A stretch of 64,000 bases of DNA from Alphaproteobacteria bacterium (GTDB lineage: Bacteria > Pseudomonadota > Alphaproteobacteria > SHVZ01), in contig SHVZ01000003.1 of NCBI GenBank assembly GCA_009694025.1, positions 6,608-70,607 of the forward strand, in the 5' to 3' direction. Position 1 is the first letter of the stretch, and each line of letters begins with the position of its first letter. Positions 48,005 through 57,891 of the stretch are shown in pieces. The translations under genes were made by a program, and so were the position numbers. Below the pieces are notes generated by a model. That model saw only the letters and a program-made list of their open reading frames with translations, searched no databases and was not told the origin of the DNA.

Positions 48005-49063
48005 ATGGCCGTGACCGACGTCAGCCGGAAGGCGTTGGCGCAGTCGAAGCTGCCGCCGTGGGCCTGGGACGCTTGGCGTATCGGATCCTCGGCGGTGGTG
48101 ACCCTGCTCGGGCTGCTCGCGCTCACCTTCTTCATGGGGCGGATGCTGCCGATCGACCCGGTGATCGCCATCGTCGGCGAGCAGGCTGACGCCTCGACCT
48201 ACGACATGGTCTACAAGCAGCTCGGCCTCGACAAGCCGCTCTACGTGCAGTTCGGCTACTTCATGCGCGACATGATGTCGGGCAATTTCGGCAACGCTCT
48301 GTTCACCGGCAACAAAGTCTCCGACGACCTGATGCGGGTGTTCCCGGCGACCATCGAGCTGGCGACCATCGCGATCACCATCGGCGTCTCCTTCGGCGTG
48401 CCCATCGGCGTGCTTGCCGCCGTCTACCGCGGCAGCCCGATCGACCATTTCGCCAGGATTCTGGGGCTCCTGGGGTACTCGGTTCCGACCTTCTGGAGCG
48501 GCCTGATGGGCCTGGTGCTGTTCTACGCCGTGCTCGGCTGGGTCAGCGGCCCGGGCCGCCTCGACGTCTTCTACATCGATGTCGTCGATCGCGTCACCGG
48601 CCTGATGCTGATCGACGCCGCCATCGCCGGCGAGTGGGAGGTGTGGCGGAATGTCTTCTCCCACATTATCCTGCCGGCCAGCATCCTCAGCTTCAACGCG
48701 ATGGCCTTCATCAGCCGGCTCACCCGCAGCTTCATGCTGGCCCAGCTTTCCCAGGAATACATCCTGGCGGCGCGCGTGAAGGGTCTTTCCAAATGGGAGG
48801 TGATCCGTAAGCACGCCTTCCGCAATATCGCAGTCCAGCTCGTCACGGTGATCTCGCTCGCCTACGTCATCCTGCTGGAGGGCGCGGTGGTGACCGAGAC
48901 GGTGTTCGCCTGGCCCGGCTTCGGGCGCTACCTGGTCTCGGGCCTGCTCGCCGGCGACATGAACGCCGTGCTCGCCTGCGTCCTGATCGTCGGCACGCTC
49001 TTCATCACCATCAACCTCTTCTGCGACCTCCTCTACCGGATCCTGGACCCCCGCACCCGATGA
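48005..49063 (+). CDS. ABC transporter permease (DppB-like)
   Basis: BPD_transp_1-type permease. Confidence 0.85.
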   Translation: MAVTDVSRKALAQSKLPPWAWDAWRIGSSAVVTLLGLLALTFFMGRMLPIDPVIAIVGEQADASTYDMVYKQLGLDKPLYVQFGYFMRDMMSGNFGNALFTGNKVSDDLMRVFPATIELATIAITIGVSFGVPIGVLAAVYRGSPIDHFARILGLLGYSVPTFWSGLMGLVLFYAVLGWVSGPGRLDVFYIDVVDRVTGLMLIDAAIAGEWEVWRNVFSHIILPASILSFNAMAFISRLTRSFMLAQLSQEYILAARVKGLSKWEVIRKHAFRNIAVQLVTVISLAYVILLEGAVVTETVFAWPGFGRYLVSGLLAGDMNAVLACVLIVGTLFITINLFCDLLYRILDPRTR

Positions 49064-49980
49064 CCGCCGCCATCGAAACCGAAAGGAGCGGCCTTGTCGG
49101 CTATCTCACCGCTGAGGTCAGCCGCTCCCCCACGCAAGCGAGCCTGCAGCGGCTCTATTTCGGCTGCCGGCGCTTCGCCCAGAACCCGCTCGCCATGGTC
49201 GGCTTCTTCGTCCTGGTGGCGCTGATTTTGATCGCGGTCTTCGCGCCGTGGATCGCGCCGTTCCCGATGAACGAGCAGAATTTGCAGACGCGCCTGCTGT
49301 GGCCGTCCGCGGATCATCTGTTCGGCACCGACGAGCTCGGCCGCGACATCTTCAGCCGCGTCGTCTACGGCTCCCGCATTACCCTGCAGATCACCTGTCT
49401 GGTCGCGGTCATCGCCGCGCCGATCGGTCTCTTGGTCGGCACGGTCTCCGGCTATTTCGGTGGCTGGACCGACACGATCATGATGCGGCTCACCGACGTC
49501 TTCCTATCGTTCCCGCCGCTGATCCTGGCGCTGGGATTCGTCGCTGCGCTCGGCCCGGGCATCCGGAACGCGGTCATCGCCATCGCCCTGACGGTCTGGC
49601 CGCCGATCGCCCGCCTCGCCCGCGCCGAGACGCTGACCGTCAGGTCGTCGGACTATATCGCGGCCATCCGCGCCCAGGGTGCGCCGGCATGGCGCGTCGT
49701 CGTCAAGCACGTCATGCCGATGTGCCTTTCCTCGGTGATCATCCGCATCACCCTCAACATGGCCGGCATCATCCTGACCGCGGCGGCGCTGGGTTTCCTC
49801 GGCCTCGGCGCACAGCCGCCGATGCCGGAATGGGGCGCCATGCTGTCGACCGGGCGTCAGTATCTCCTCGGAAGCTGGTTCCTTGCCGCGGCGCCCGGGC
49901 TCGCCATCGTGGTCGTCAGCCTCGGCTTCAACCTGTTCGGGGATGGGCTCCGCGACGTCCTGGATCCGCGCGACGAATGA
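49060..49980 (+). CDS. ABC transporter permease (DppC-like)
   Basis: BPD_transp_1-type permease; 4-bp overlaps with both neighbours. Confidence 0.85.
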   Translation: MTAAIETERSGLVGYLTAEVSRSPTQASLQRLYFGCRRFAQNPLAMVGFFVLVALILIAVFAPWIAPFPMNEQNLQTRLLWPSADHLFGTDELGRDIFSRVVYGSRITLQITCLVAVIAAPIGLLVGTVSGYFGGWTDTIMMRLTDVFLSFPPLILALGFVAALGPGIRNAVIAIALTVWPPIARLARAETLTVRSSDYIAAIRAQGAPAWRVVVKHVMPMCLSSVIIRITLNMAGIILTAAALGFLGLGAQPPMPEWGAMLSTGRQYLLGSWFLAAAPGLAIVVVSLGFNLFGDGLRDVLDPRDE

Positions 49981-50807
49981 TCACGCCGCTTCTCGAGGTC
50001 GAGGGCCTCAGCGTCACCTTCAAGACCCCGCACCGCCTGGTCCGGGCGGTGCGCGACATCTCCTTCGCCGTCGGCAAGGAGAAGGTCGGGATCGTCGGCG
50101 AATCCGGCTCCGGCAAGTCGGTGACCGGGCGCGCCATCCTCAAGCTGACGCCGGGCAACGGCACGGTCAGCGCCCGGCGCATGCAGTTCGAGGAGATCGA
50201 CCTCGCCAACGCGAGCGAGACGGAGATGCTGAACGTGCGCGGCAAGCGCATCGGCATGATCCTGCAGGATCCGAAGTTCTCGCTGGACCCGGTGATGCGG
50301 GCCGGCGACCAGATCGCCGAAGCCCTGCCCCCGGGCCTCACCAAGGCGGAGGCGCGCGAGCGCGTGCTCGAGGTGCTGGAGGCCGTGCAGATCCGCAATC
50401 CAAAGCGCGTCTACGACCTCTACCCGCACGAATGCTCCGGCGGCATGGGGCAGCGGGTGATGATCGCGATGATGCTGGTGCCGGAGCCGAAGCTGCTGAT
50501 CGCCGACGAGCCGACCTCGGCCCTCGACGTCACCGTCCGCATGCAGGTGCTGGCGATCCTCGACGACCTGGTCGAGCGGCGCGGCCTCGGCCTGATGTTC
50601 ATCAGCCACGACCTCAACCTGGTCGCCACGTTCTGCGACCGGGTCCTGATCATGTATGCGGGCCGCATCGTCGAGGAGTGCAAGGCCTCCGAGCTCCGCC
50701 AGGCCACCCACCCCTACACCCAGGGCCTGCTCGCTTCGCTACCGCGGATCGGCGACCGCCGCAAGCGCCTGGCGACTCTGGTCCGCGATCCCGCCTGGGC
50801 ACTGTAG
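49977..50807 (+). CDS. ABC transporter ATP-binding protein (DppD-like)
   Basis: Walker A GESGSGKS, and ATGA overlap with the upstream permease. Confidence 0.85.
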   Translation: MITPLLEVEGLSVTFKTPHRLVRAVRDISFAVGKEKVGIVGESGSGKSVTGRAILKLTPGNGTVSARRMQFEEIDLANASETEMLNVRGKRIGMILQDPKFSLDPVMRAGDQIAEALPPGLTKAEARERVLEVLEAVQIRNPKRVYDLYPHECSGGMGQRVMIAMMLVPEPKLLIADEPTSALDVTVRMQVLAILDDLVERRGLGLMFISHDLNLVATFCDRVLIMYAGRIVEECKASELRQATHPYTQGLLASLPRIGDRRKRLATLVRDPAWAL

Positions 50808-50809
50808 TC

Positions 50810-51601
50810 ATGATCGAAGTCGAAGATCTCACCGTCCGCTTCGGCAAGGGCAAGGCCGCCGTGACCGCGGTCGACGGCGTCAGCTTCACCGTCCGCACCG
50901 GCGAGGCCTTCGGCCTGGTCGGCGAATCCGGCTGCGGCAAGACCACCATCCTCCGCGCCCTCGCGGGCTTGAACGAGGACTGGAGCGGCCTCGTCCGCAT
51001 CGACGGCAAGCAGCTCATGCCGAAGCGAGAGCGCGCCTTCTACAAGCTGGTGCAGATCGTCTTCCAGGACCCCTACGGCTCGCTCCATCCTCGCTTCACC
51101 GTCAACGGCACGCTGATGGAGCCGATCAAGATCCACGACCTCGATCGCCCCGACGAGCGCATCGACCGGGTGCTGCGTCAGGTGGGCTTGGGGCCGGCCT
51201 TCCGCTTCCGCTATCCGCACCAGCTCTCCGGCGGCCAGCGCCAGCGGGTCGCCATCGCGCGCGCGCTCATCCTCGAGCCCAAGCTGATGCTGCTGGACGA
51301 GCCGACCTCCGCCCTCGACGTCTCGGTCCAGGCGGAGATCCTCAACCTCCTGACGGACATCCGCGACTCGACGGGCCTGACCTTCCTCCTGGTCAGCCAC
51401 GATCTCTCGGTGGTCTCACACATGTGCGACCGGCTCGCGGTGATGAACCAGGGCCGGATCTACGAGGAGCTGACCGTCGAGGACCTGGTCCAGCGGCGCT
51501 ATCGCGAGACCTATACCCGTCAGCTGTTCGAGGCGAGCCTCGGCTACGACAAGCGCCTCTCGACCGCCCAGGTGAAGGCCCTCGACGAGGCCGGTGCTTA
51601 A
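50810..51601 (+). CDS. ABC transporter ATP-binding protein (DppF-like)
   Basis: Walker A GESGCGKT and LSGGQRQR signature. Confidence 0.85.
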   Translation: MIEVEDLTVRFGKGKAAVTAVDGVSFTVRTGEAFGLVGESGCGKTTILRALAGLNEDWSGLVRIDGKQLMPKRERAFYKLVQIVFQDPYGSLHPRFTVNGTLMEPIKIHDLDRPDERIDRVLRQVGLGPAFRFRYPHQLSGGQRQRVAIARALILEPKLMLLDEPTSALDVSVQAEILNLLTDIRDSTGLTFLLVSHDLSVVSHMCDRLAVMNQGRIYEELTVEDLVQRRYRETYTRQLFEASLGYDKRLSTAQVKALDEAGA

Positions 51602-51615
51602 AGGCACCTGACGAC

Positions 51616-52083
51616 ATGGCCGCGCGCGCGCCTGCCGCCGGTCCGACGCCCGAGGGGGCGGCGATCTTCCGGCTGATGCTGGAGGTGCTGCAGACCTTCC
51701 ACCGGCTCCGCGCCGCCGGGGCGGAGGAAGGCGCGGTGACATCCGGCGGCGGCGGGAGCTGGGGGTTGATGCGGAGCCTGGCCGAGGGCGGGCCGCAGAC
51801 CGTGCCGGCGATCGCGCGCTCCCGCCCGGTCTCCCGCCAACACATCCAGAAGCTCGCCGACGAGCTGGCGGCCGACGGGCTGGTCGAATTCGTCGATAAC
51901 CCGGCGCACAGACGCTCCAAGCTCCTGAAGCTCACGCCCGCCGGCCGCACCCGCTACAAGACCCTCTCCACCCGCATCCTGGAGATCGCCGACGAGCTCG
52001 GCCGCGGTTTCGATGCGGCGGAGGTGGGGGCGGCGGCCGACGTGGTCGCGCGGCTGCGTGCCAAGCTTACGAAGGAGGGTTGA
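51616..52083 (+). CDS. MarR-family transcriptional regulator
   Basis: 155 aa with a winged-HTH MarR-like region (SRQHIQKLADELAADGLV). Confidence 0.7.
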   Translation: MAARAPAAGPTPEGAAIFRLMLEVLQTFHRLRAAGAEEGAVTSGGGGSWGLMRSLAEGGPQTVPAIARSRPVSRQHIQKLADELAADGLVEFVDNPAHRRSKLLKLTPAGRTRYKTLSTRILEIADELGRGFDAAEVGAAADVVARLRAKLTKEG

Positions 52084-52101
52084 CCGCGCTCGCGTGATTT
52101 T

Positions 52102-52128
52102 CATATTGACAACTAAGTTGTCATATTG
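52102..52128 (+). promoter_or_regulatory. perfect 8-N-8 inverted repeat TGACAACT-a-AGTTGTCA (extended CATATTGACAACTAAGTTGTCATATTG), candidate MarR operator overlapping a TTGACA -35-like hexamer
   Basis: Seen directly in the 75-bp AT-rich intergenic region between the MarR gene and the Spy-like gene. Confidence 0.45.
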
Positions 52129-52158
52129 CATTCTCCTCCCAACCACGGAGGTGCTCCC

Positions 52159-52605
52159 ATGTTTTGGACACGCAGAATGAAGCTCGCCCTTGCCGCCGCC
52201 GCCCTTGTCGGCGTGTTGCCCACCCTCGCCGTCGGGTCGTCCTGGCATGGCGGCTGGGGCCATGGCTGGGGTCACGGGCGCCACGCCGACTGGTGCGCCG
52301 GCAGCGGCGAGTCACGGCTCGGGGAAGCCATGACCCTGATCGAGATGCAACTCGCCCTCAGACCGGATCAGCAGGACGCCTGGGCGCGGCTGGCCGAGGC
52401 GGTCGAGCGGTCCGGGCGCGATCTCAAGGCGGCATGCAGCGCCGCCGGCGGCAACGCGCCGGCCGAGTTGGCCCGCCTGCAAGCCGGCATCGAGGCGGGC
52501 TTGAAGGCCGTTCGCGCCCTTAGACCGCCTCTGGATGCTCTCTACGTTGCGCTCGAGCCGGACCAGCGGGCTCGCCTCGACGGGTTGATGCGCGGGCGTC
52601 TATGA
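52159..52605 (+). CDS. periplasmic Spy/CpxP/ZraP-family protein with a His/Gly/Trp-rich motif
   Basis: Signal peptide, HGGWGHGWGHGRH, and LTXXQ-like helices. GGAG RBS 8 nt upstream. Confidence 0.6.
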   Translation: MFWTRRMKLALAAAALVGVLPTLAVGSSWHGGWGHGWGHGRHADWCAGSGESRLGEAMTLIEMQLALRPDQQDAWARLAEAVERSGRDLKAACSAAGGNAPAELARLQAGIEAGLKAVRALRPPLDALYVALEPDQRARLDGLMRGRL

Positions 52606-53069
52606 GCGGCGCTGCCGAGACGGCCGGAGTCATTGCGCCCCCGCCGGTCCTCTACCTCGGGAGCCTGATCGCCGGCGTCATCCTCGATCTGCTCTTCCCG
52701 GCGCCGCTCCCCGACCATGCGCTGCGTCTGCCGGCGGCGGCCGTTGTGCTCGTCGCCGGCCTGGCGCTGGTCGCCGTCTGCTTCCGCCGCTTCAAGGCGG
52801 CCGACACCAACGTGCCGACCTGGATGCCGACCACGGCGCTGGTGACCGGCGGTCCGTACCGGATCTCGCGGAACCCGATCTACCTGGCGCTCACCCTCGC
52901 CTATCTCGGGCTCGCGCTCTTCTGGGGCAGCCTGTGGCCGCTGGTCCTGCTGGCGCCGCTGCTGCTCGTCATGCGCTACGGCGTGATCGGCCGCGAGGAG
53001 CGCTACCTCGAAGCCAGGTTCGGCGACGCCTACCGTGCCTACCGATCCTCGGTCAGGCGCTGGCTCTGA
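52602..53069 (+). CDS. isoprenylcysteine carboxyl methyltransferase-like (ICMT/PEMT family) membrane methyltransferase
   Basis: C-terminal RNPIYLA...EERYL motif of the ICMT family. Confidence 0.65.
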   Translation: MSGAAETAGVIAPPPVLYLGSLIAGVILDLLFPAPLPDHALRLPAAAVVLVAGLALVAVCFRRFKAADTNVPTWMPTTALVTGGPYRISRNPIYLALTLAYLGLALFWGSLWPLVLLAPLLLVMRYGVIGREERYLEARFGDAYRAYRSSVRRWL

Positions 53070-53938
53070 GCCCGGCGGTGCGCCGCGTGCTCGCGATGGG
53101 CGATGTAGAGGGTCGAGCCGAAGATCACCGCCGCCCCCAGCCACACCCACTTGTCCGGGACCTCGCCGAGCAGGACGTAGGCGAGGATGGCGACGAAGGG
53201 GAGGCGGGTGAACTCGAGCGGCAGGATCGCCGAGGCGTCGGCGAGCGCGAAGGCGCGGGTGAAGCAGAGCCAGCCTGCGGTAGAAAGGGCGCCGAGCGCC
53301 GCCAGCGCGACGAAGTTCGGGAATGACGGCGTCGTCCATACGGAGATCGCCAGCGGCAGCGTCGCCACCATGACGAACAGGCTCTGGTAGAAGACGACGG
53401 TCGTCGTCCGTTCGGTCGCCGACATCATCTTGACCAGCACGGTCACGCCGGCGAAGGACATGGTCGAGAACAGCACCAGCCCGGCGCCGAGACTGAAGGG
53501 AACGGCACCGGGACGCAGCACGATCAAGACGCCGATGAAGCCGACGACGATCGCGATCCAGCGCCGCGCGCGGACGGTCTCGCCGAGGAACAGCGCGGCC
53601 CCGATGGTGCCGAACAGCGGCGAGGCAAAGGTGAGCGCCGCCGACTCGTTCAGGGGCACCATCGTGACGCCGGTGAAGAAGGCGAGCATCGCCGCGAAGT
53701 GGCAGAACCCGGAAAGGGTCAGCGGCCTGACGGCCCCGGTCCGTGGCCAGGCACGCTTCTGCCACAGCACCACCAGCGCCACCGTGGCGAAGCCGAAGGC
53801 GCAGCGGAAGAAGGCGATCTCGAAGGGGTGGATGCCGATGTCGCCGAGCGTCCGGATCAGCGTGTTTCCCACCGCCGTCGTCGCGGATGACAGCGTCATC
53901 AGGAGGACGGCGAGGACCAGGGGGTTGATCGCCTTCAT
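53039..53938 (-). CDS. EamA/DMT-family transporter (paralogue 3 of a tandem triplet)
   Basis: 299 aa, closely similar to the two upstream paralogues; start ATGA-coupled. Confidence 0.7.
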   Translation of the reverse strand: MKAINPLVLAVLLMTLSSATTAVGNTLIRTLGDIGIHPFEIAFFRCAFGFATVALVVLWQKRAWPRTGAVRPLTLSGFCHFAAMLAFFTGVTMVPLNESAALTFASPLFGTIGAALFLGETVRARRWIAIVVGFIGVLIVLRPGAVPFSLGAGLVLFSTMSFAGVTVLVKMMSATERTTTVVFYQSLFVMVATLPLAISVWTTPSFPNFVALAALGALSTAGWLCFTRAFALADASAILPLEFTRLPFVAILAYVLLGEVPDKWVWLGAAVIFGSTLYIAHREHAAHRRAQSQRLTEDR

Positions 53939-54831
53939 GCCGGATCCCCGGCCTTGAGGGCGCGCCGGGCAGCTTCGCGGGCGACGGCCGCCTCGCGGTG
54001 CGCGATGTAGAGGGTCGAGCCGAAGATCACCGCGGCCCCCAGCCACACCCATTCGTCCGGCGTCTCGCCGAACAGGAGATAGGCGAAGACGGCGATGAAA
54101 GGCAGGCGGGCGAACTCGTAGGGCATGAGGGCGCTCGCATCCGCGAGCGCGCAGGCGCGGAGGAAGGCGATCCAGCCGAGCGTGCCGAGGATGCCGTTCG
54201 CGGCCATCACCAGCATCTGATAGGCGTCGGGCGTCACCCACACGAAGGCCGCCGGCGGTATCGAGAAGAGCGAGGAGAACGCCGACTGGTAGAGGATGAG
54301 CGTGGTCGCCCGCTCGCCGCCGGCGAAGTGCTTGAACAGGAGGGTGATCGCCGCCCCGAGCATGGTCGACACCAGCACCATGGCGGCGCCGAGCTCGACC
54401 GGAACGACACCCGGCCTCAGGATGATGAGGACGCCGACGAAGCCGGCGGCGACCGCGCTCCAGCGCCGCGCGCGCACGGTCTCGCCGAGGAAGAGAGCGG
54501 CCCCGATGGTGGCGAACAGCGGCATGGCGAATCCCAGCGCTGCCGACTCATTCAGCGGCAGCACGGCGACGCCGTAGTATCCGGTCAGCATCGACAGCAC
54601 ATGAACGACGCAACTGAGGCCGATCAGACCGGCGAAGCGGCTCCGCGGGATCCCGTGCTCGACCCAGAGAACGATGGCGGCGACCGAGAGGAGACCGAAG
54701 ACGTTTCGGAACAGCACGATCTCGAAGGAGGGGACGCCGTCGTCGGCGGCGAGCCGGATCGTGCAGTTCTGCATGGCGGTGATGGCGACCGCGAGGAGTG
54801 CGAAGAAGGTGGCGCGGAGGGGCGCGCTCAT
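53935..54831 (-). CDS. EamA/DMT-family transporter (paralogue 2)
   Basis: 298 aa; 4-bp overlaps on both sides. Confidence 0.7.
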   Translation of the reverse strand: MSAPLRATFFALLAVAITAMQNCTIRLAADDGVPSFEIVLFRNVFGLLSVAAIVLWVEHGIPRSRFAGLIGLSCVVHVLSMLTGYYGVAVLPLNESAALGFAMPLFATIGAALFLGETVRARRWSAVAAGFVGVLIILRPGVVPVELGAAMVLVSTMLGAAITLLFKHFAGGERATTLILYQSAFSSLFSIPPAAFVWVTPDAYQMLVMAANGILGTLGWIAFLRACALADASALMPYEFARLPFIAVFAYLLFGETPDEWVWLGAAVIFGSTLYIAHREAAVAREAARRALKAGDPA

Positions 54832-55751
54832 CGGTCCCGGCTCGCGCGGGCTGCGGTCCTTCTATGGGCGATCGCCTCGCGATGGGCGATGTAGAGGTTC
54901 GAGCCGAAGATCACCGCCGCGCCGAGCCACACCCACTCGTCCGGTGTCTCGCCGAACATCAGATAGGCGAAGAACGCGACCGAGGGGAGCTTCACGAACT
55001 CGATCGGCTGGATGGCGCTGGCGTCGACCAGCCGGCAGGCGCGGAGGAAGGCGAGCCAGCCGAGGGTGCCGATCAGCCCGATCGAAGCGAGCGCGAGGAA
55101 CTGCCACCTATCCGGCGTCACCCAGACCCAGGCTGCGCCCGGCACCGAAAACACTGAGGCGATCATGCATTGGTAGAAGATGAGCGTCAGCGGCCGTTCG
55201 TGGCCGGCGAAGTTCTTGAACATCAGCGTGACCGCGGCGCCCAGCATGCACGACAGCAGGATCATTCCCGCGCCGAAGCTGACTGGCACCACGCCCGGCC
55301 GAAGGATGATCAGGACGCCGACGAAGCCGGCGGCGACCGCGCTCCAGCGGCGCGCCCGGACGGTCTCGCCGAGGAAGAGGGCGGCGCCGATGGTGACGAA
55401 GAGCGGGGCGGCGAAGCTGAGCGCCGCCGATTCGTTGAGCGGCAGCAGGGTCAGGCCGTGGATGAAGGTCAGCATCGAGGCGACGTGCAGGATGCAGGAG
55501 AAGAAGATCGCCCAGAACCAGCGGGTCCGCGGCACCCCGCGCTCGGCCCACAGCATGATCGCGGCGACCGAGACCAGGCCGAAGACGTTGCGGAAGAGGG
55601 TGATCTGGAAGGCGTGGATGCCCTGGTCGGCGATCAGCCGCATCAGGCTGTTCTGCAGTCCCGAAACGGAGACCGCAGCCAGCATCAGGAGGGTGGCGCG
55701 GACGGGGGCGGAAACGGTGGGCATCGGGGCGGGGCCGGCCCACTTTGACAC
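54828..55751 (-). CDS. EamA/DMT-family transporter (paralogue 1)
   Basis: 307 aa; first gene of the triplet. Confidence 0.7.
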   Translation of the reverse strand: MSKWAGPAPMPTVSAPVRATLLMLAAVSVSGLQNSLMRLIADQGIHAFQITLFRNVFGLVSVAAIMLWAERGVPRTRWFWAIFFSCILHVASMLTFIHGLTLLPLNESAALSFAAPLFVTIGAALFLGETVRARRWSAVAAGFVGVLIILRPGVVPVSFGAGMILLSCMLGAAVTLMFKNFAGHERPLTLIFYQCMIASVFSVPGAAWVWVTPDRWQFLALASIGLIGTLGWLAFLRACRLVDASAIQPIEFVKLPSVAFFAYLMFGETPDEWVWLGAAVIFGSNLYIAHREAIAHRRTAARASRDR

Positions 55752-55791
55752 CGACTCCTCGGAAGCGCGAGCGGCGTGTTATCGTCATTCC

Positions 55792-56475
55792 ATGCTCCGC
55801 CGCGCGGCCCTCGCCCTGGCGCTCCTGATCCCGGGATTCCTCCCGGGGGCGCTGCGGGCGGCGGAACGGGTCGACCTGGCGTTGGTCCTCGCGGTCGACT
55901 CCTCCGGCAGCGTCAACCAGCAGCGATTCGAGCAGCAGCGGAACGGCTATGCCGACGCGCTGGTCTCGCCGGTGGTGCTGACGGCGATCCGGAGCGGCGA
56001 CAACCGCAAGATCGCGGTCACCTATTTCGAGTGGAGCGACGGCCGCCGCATGGCCCGCATCCTGCCCTGGACATTGATCGACGGTGAAGCAACCGCCAAG
56101 GCGGCGGCGAAGATCATCCGCGACCACCGCCGCCAGCTGGTCGGCGACACCTGCATCGCCTGCGCCATCGACGAGGCGATGAAGCAGTTCGAGCAGCTGC
56201 CCTTCCTCACCGACCGCAAGGTGCTGGACGTCTCGGGCGACGGCGAGAGCAACGTCGGGGAATCGATCGACACGGCGCGCGAGCGCGCGCTGGCGGCCGA
56301 CATCACCATCAACGGGCTTCCGATCCAGACCTATTACGAGCCCGGCCTGGTGCGCTACTACGAGGAGCGCGTCATCGGCGGCCCTGGCGCCTTCCTCATC
56401 GTCGCCAGGGGATTCGACGACTTTGCCCGGGCGATCGCCGCAAAGCTGGCCCGCGAGATCGCCGCGCTGCCTTAG
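55792..56475 (+). CDS. DUF1194-family (vWA-like) secreted protein
   Basis: Signal peptide and a DSSGSV MIDAS-like motif. Confidence 0.6.
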   Translation: MLRRAALALALLIPGFLPGALRAAERVDLALVLAVDSSGSVNQQRFEQQRNGYADALVSPVVLTAIRSGDNRKIAVTYFEWSDGRRMARILPWTLIDGEATAKAAAKIIRDHRRQLVGDTCIACAIDEAMKQFEQLPFLTDRKVLDVSGDGESNVGESIDTARERALAADITINGLPIQTYYEPGLVRYYEERVIGGPGAFLIVARGFDDFARAIAAKLAREIAALP

Positions 56476-56551
56476 AGTTCGTTCCGCTCGCGCGGAATCG
56501 GGCGAGCTTCCCCGCACCGCATCGCCCGATGCACGCCCTCACCCCTCGAAG

Positions 56552-56571
56552 CGGCGAAGTCGACTTCGCCG
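56552..56571. repeat. 20-bp perfect palindrome CGGCGAAGTCGACTTCGCCG
   Basis: Seen directly; lies in the 190-bp gap between the DUF1194 gene and the enolase-superfamily gene. Confidence 0.6.
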
Positions 56572-56667
56572 GAGCTCAGAATGGGGCCAAGGTGCGAACC
56601 ACCCCAACTTGAGGATATCTTGGGGGCGCGGCCTGCCGGGCCGCCAGGGGAACCATCGGGGTCCGGA

Positions 56668-57891
56668 ATGCGCATCACCGCCGTCGACACGGTCCAGGTC
56701 GAGACCTGGCCGCATCTGATCTGGGTCCGCGTCCACACCGACGAGGGCCTGATCGGCTTGGGCGAGACCAGCTACCACACCGAGGCGGTGGCCGGGTACA
56801 TCCACCAAGTCGCCGCCCCCTATCTCGTCGGCAAGGACCCGACGCGGATCGACCTGCACAGCCGGACCCTCCTGAAGAGCCTGATGGCGCTGGTGGGCTA
56901 TCAGGGCTCGGGCGCCGAGGTCCGCTCGGTCGCCGCCGTCGACATCGCGCTCTGGGACATCCTCGGCCAGAAGGCGGGGATGCCGATCTACATGCTGCTC
57001 GGCGGTCTCTCGCGCGACTCCATCCGCGTCTACAACACCTGCAACGCCTATCGCCCGGGCTGGAAGCGGAAGCCCGGCGATCCCGGCGAGGGCTACTGGC
57101 GCCTGCTCCCGGCCGGCAAGCCCGAGGGCCCGTACGAGGATCTCGACGGCTTCATCAACCGCGCCGACGAGCTGGCCGAGAGCCTGCTCGCCGAAGGCAT
57201 CCAGGCAATGAAGATCTATCCCTTCAACGCCGCTGCGGAGGCCTCGGGTGGACTGCATCTGTCGTCGGCGGATCTGAAGACGGCGCTGGAGCCGTTCCGG
57301 AAGGCGCGCGCCAAGGTCGGCGACAAGATCGACATCATGGTCGACTTCCATTCCCTCTGGAACCTGCCGCAGGCCAAGCGCATCGCCCGCGCGCTCGAGG
57401 ACTACGAGCCCTATTGGCTGGAAGACCCGGTCAAGATGGACAATGTCGACGTGCTCGCCGACTACACGGCGGCGACGCGGCTGACGGTCTGCGGCAGCGA
57501 GACGCTCGGCACCCGCGCCGAGTTCCGCGAGGTGATCGACCGCCGCGCCGTCGGCATCGTCATGTTCGATGTTTCCTGGGTCGGCGGAATTTCCGAGGCG
57601 CGCAAGATCGCGGCGATGGCCGAGAACCAGCACCTGCCGGTGGCGCCCCACGACGCGACCGGGCCGGTGACGCTGATCTCCGGCAATCATGTGGTGATGA
57701 ACGCGCCGAACGGGCTGATCCAGGAGCTGGTGCGCTCCTACTACTCGACCTGGTATCGCGACATCGTCACCGACCTGCCCAAGCTCGAGAACGGGATCAT
57801 GCGGCCGCTGACCGGCCCCGGCCTGGGGACGCGGCTGCAGCCGGATCTGCTCAAGCGCAAGGACGCGCGGATCAGGACGACGAAGGCTTGA
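56668..57891 (+). CDS. enolase-superfamily enzyme (mandelate racemase/muconate lactonizing family, sugar-acid dehydratase-like)
   Basis: AVDIALWDILGQKAGMPIYMLLGG motif and KxK/D/E/D metal ligands. The ATG at 56668 was chosen. Confidence 0.75.
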   Translation: MRITAVDTVQVETWPHLIWVRVHTDEGLIGLGETSYHTEAVAGYIHQVAAPYLVGKDPTRIDLHSRTLLKSLMALVGYQGSGAEVRSVAAVDIALWDILGQKAGMPIYMLLGGLSRDSIRVYNTCNAYRPGWKRKPGDPGEGYWRLLPAGKPEGPYEDLDGFINRADELAESLLAEGIQAMKIYPFNAAAEASGGLHLSSADLKTALEPFRKARAKVGDKIDIMVDFHSLWNLPQAKRIARALEDYEPYWLEDPVKMDNVDVLADYTAATRLTVCGSETLGTRAEFREVIDRRAVGIVMFDVSWVGGISEARKIAAMAENQHLPVAPHDATGPVTLISGNHVVMNAPNGLIQELVRSYYSTWYRDIVTDLPKLENGIMRPLTGPGLGTRLQPDLLKRKDARIRTTKA

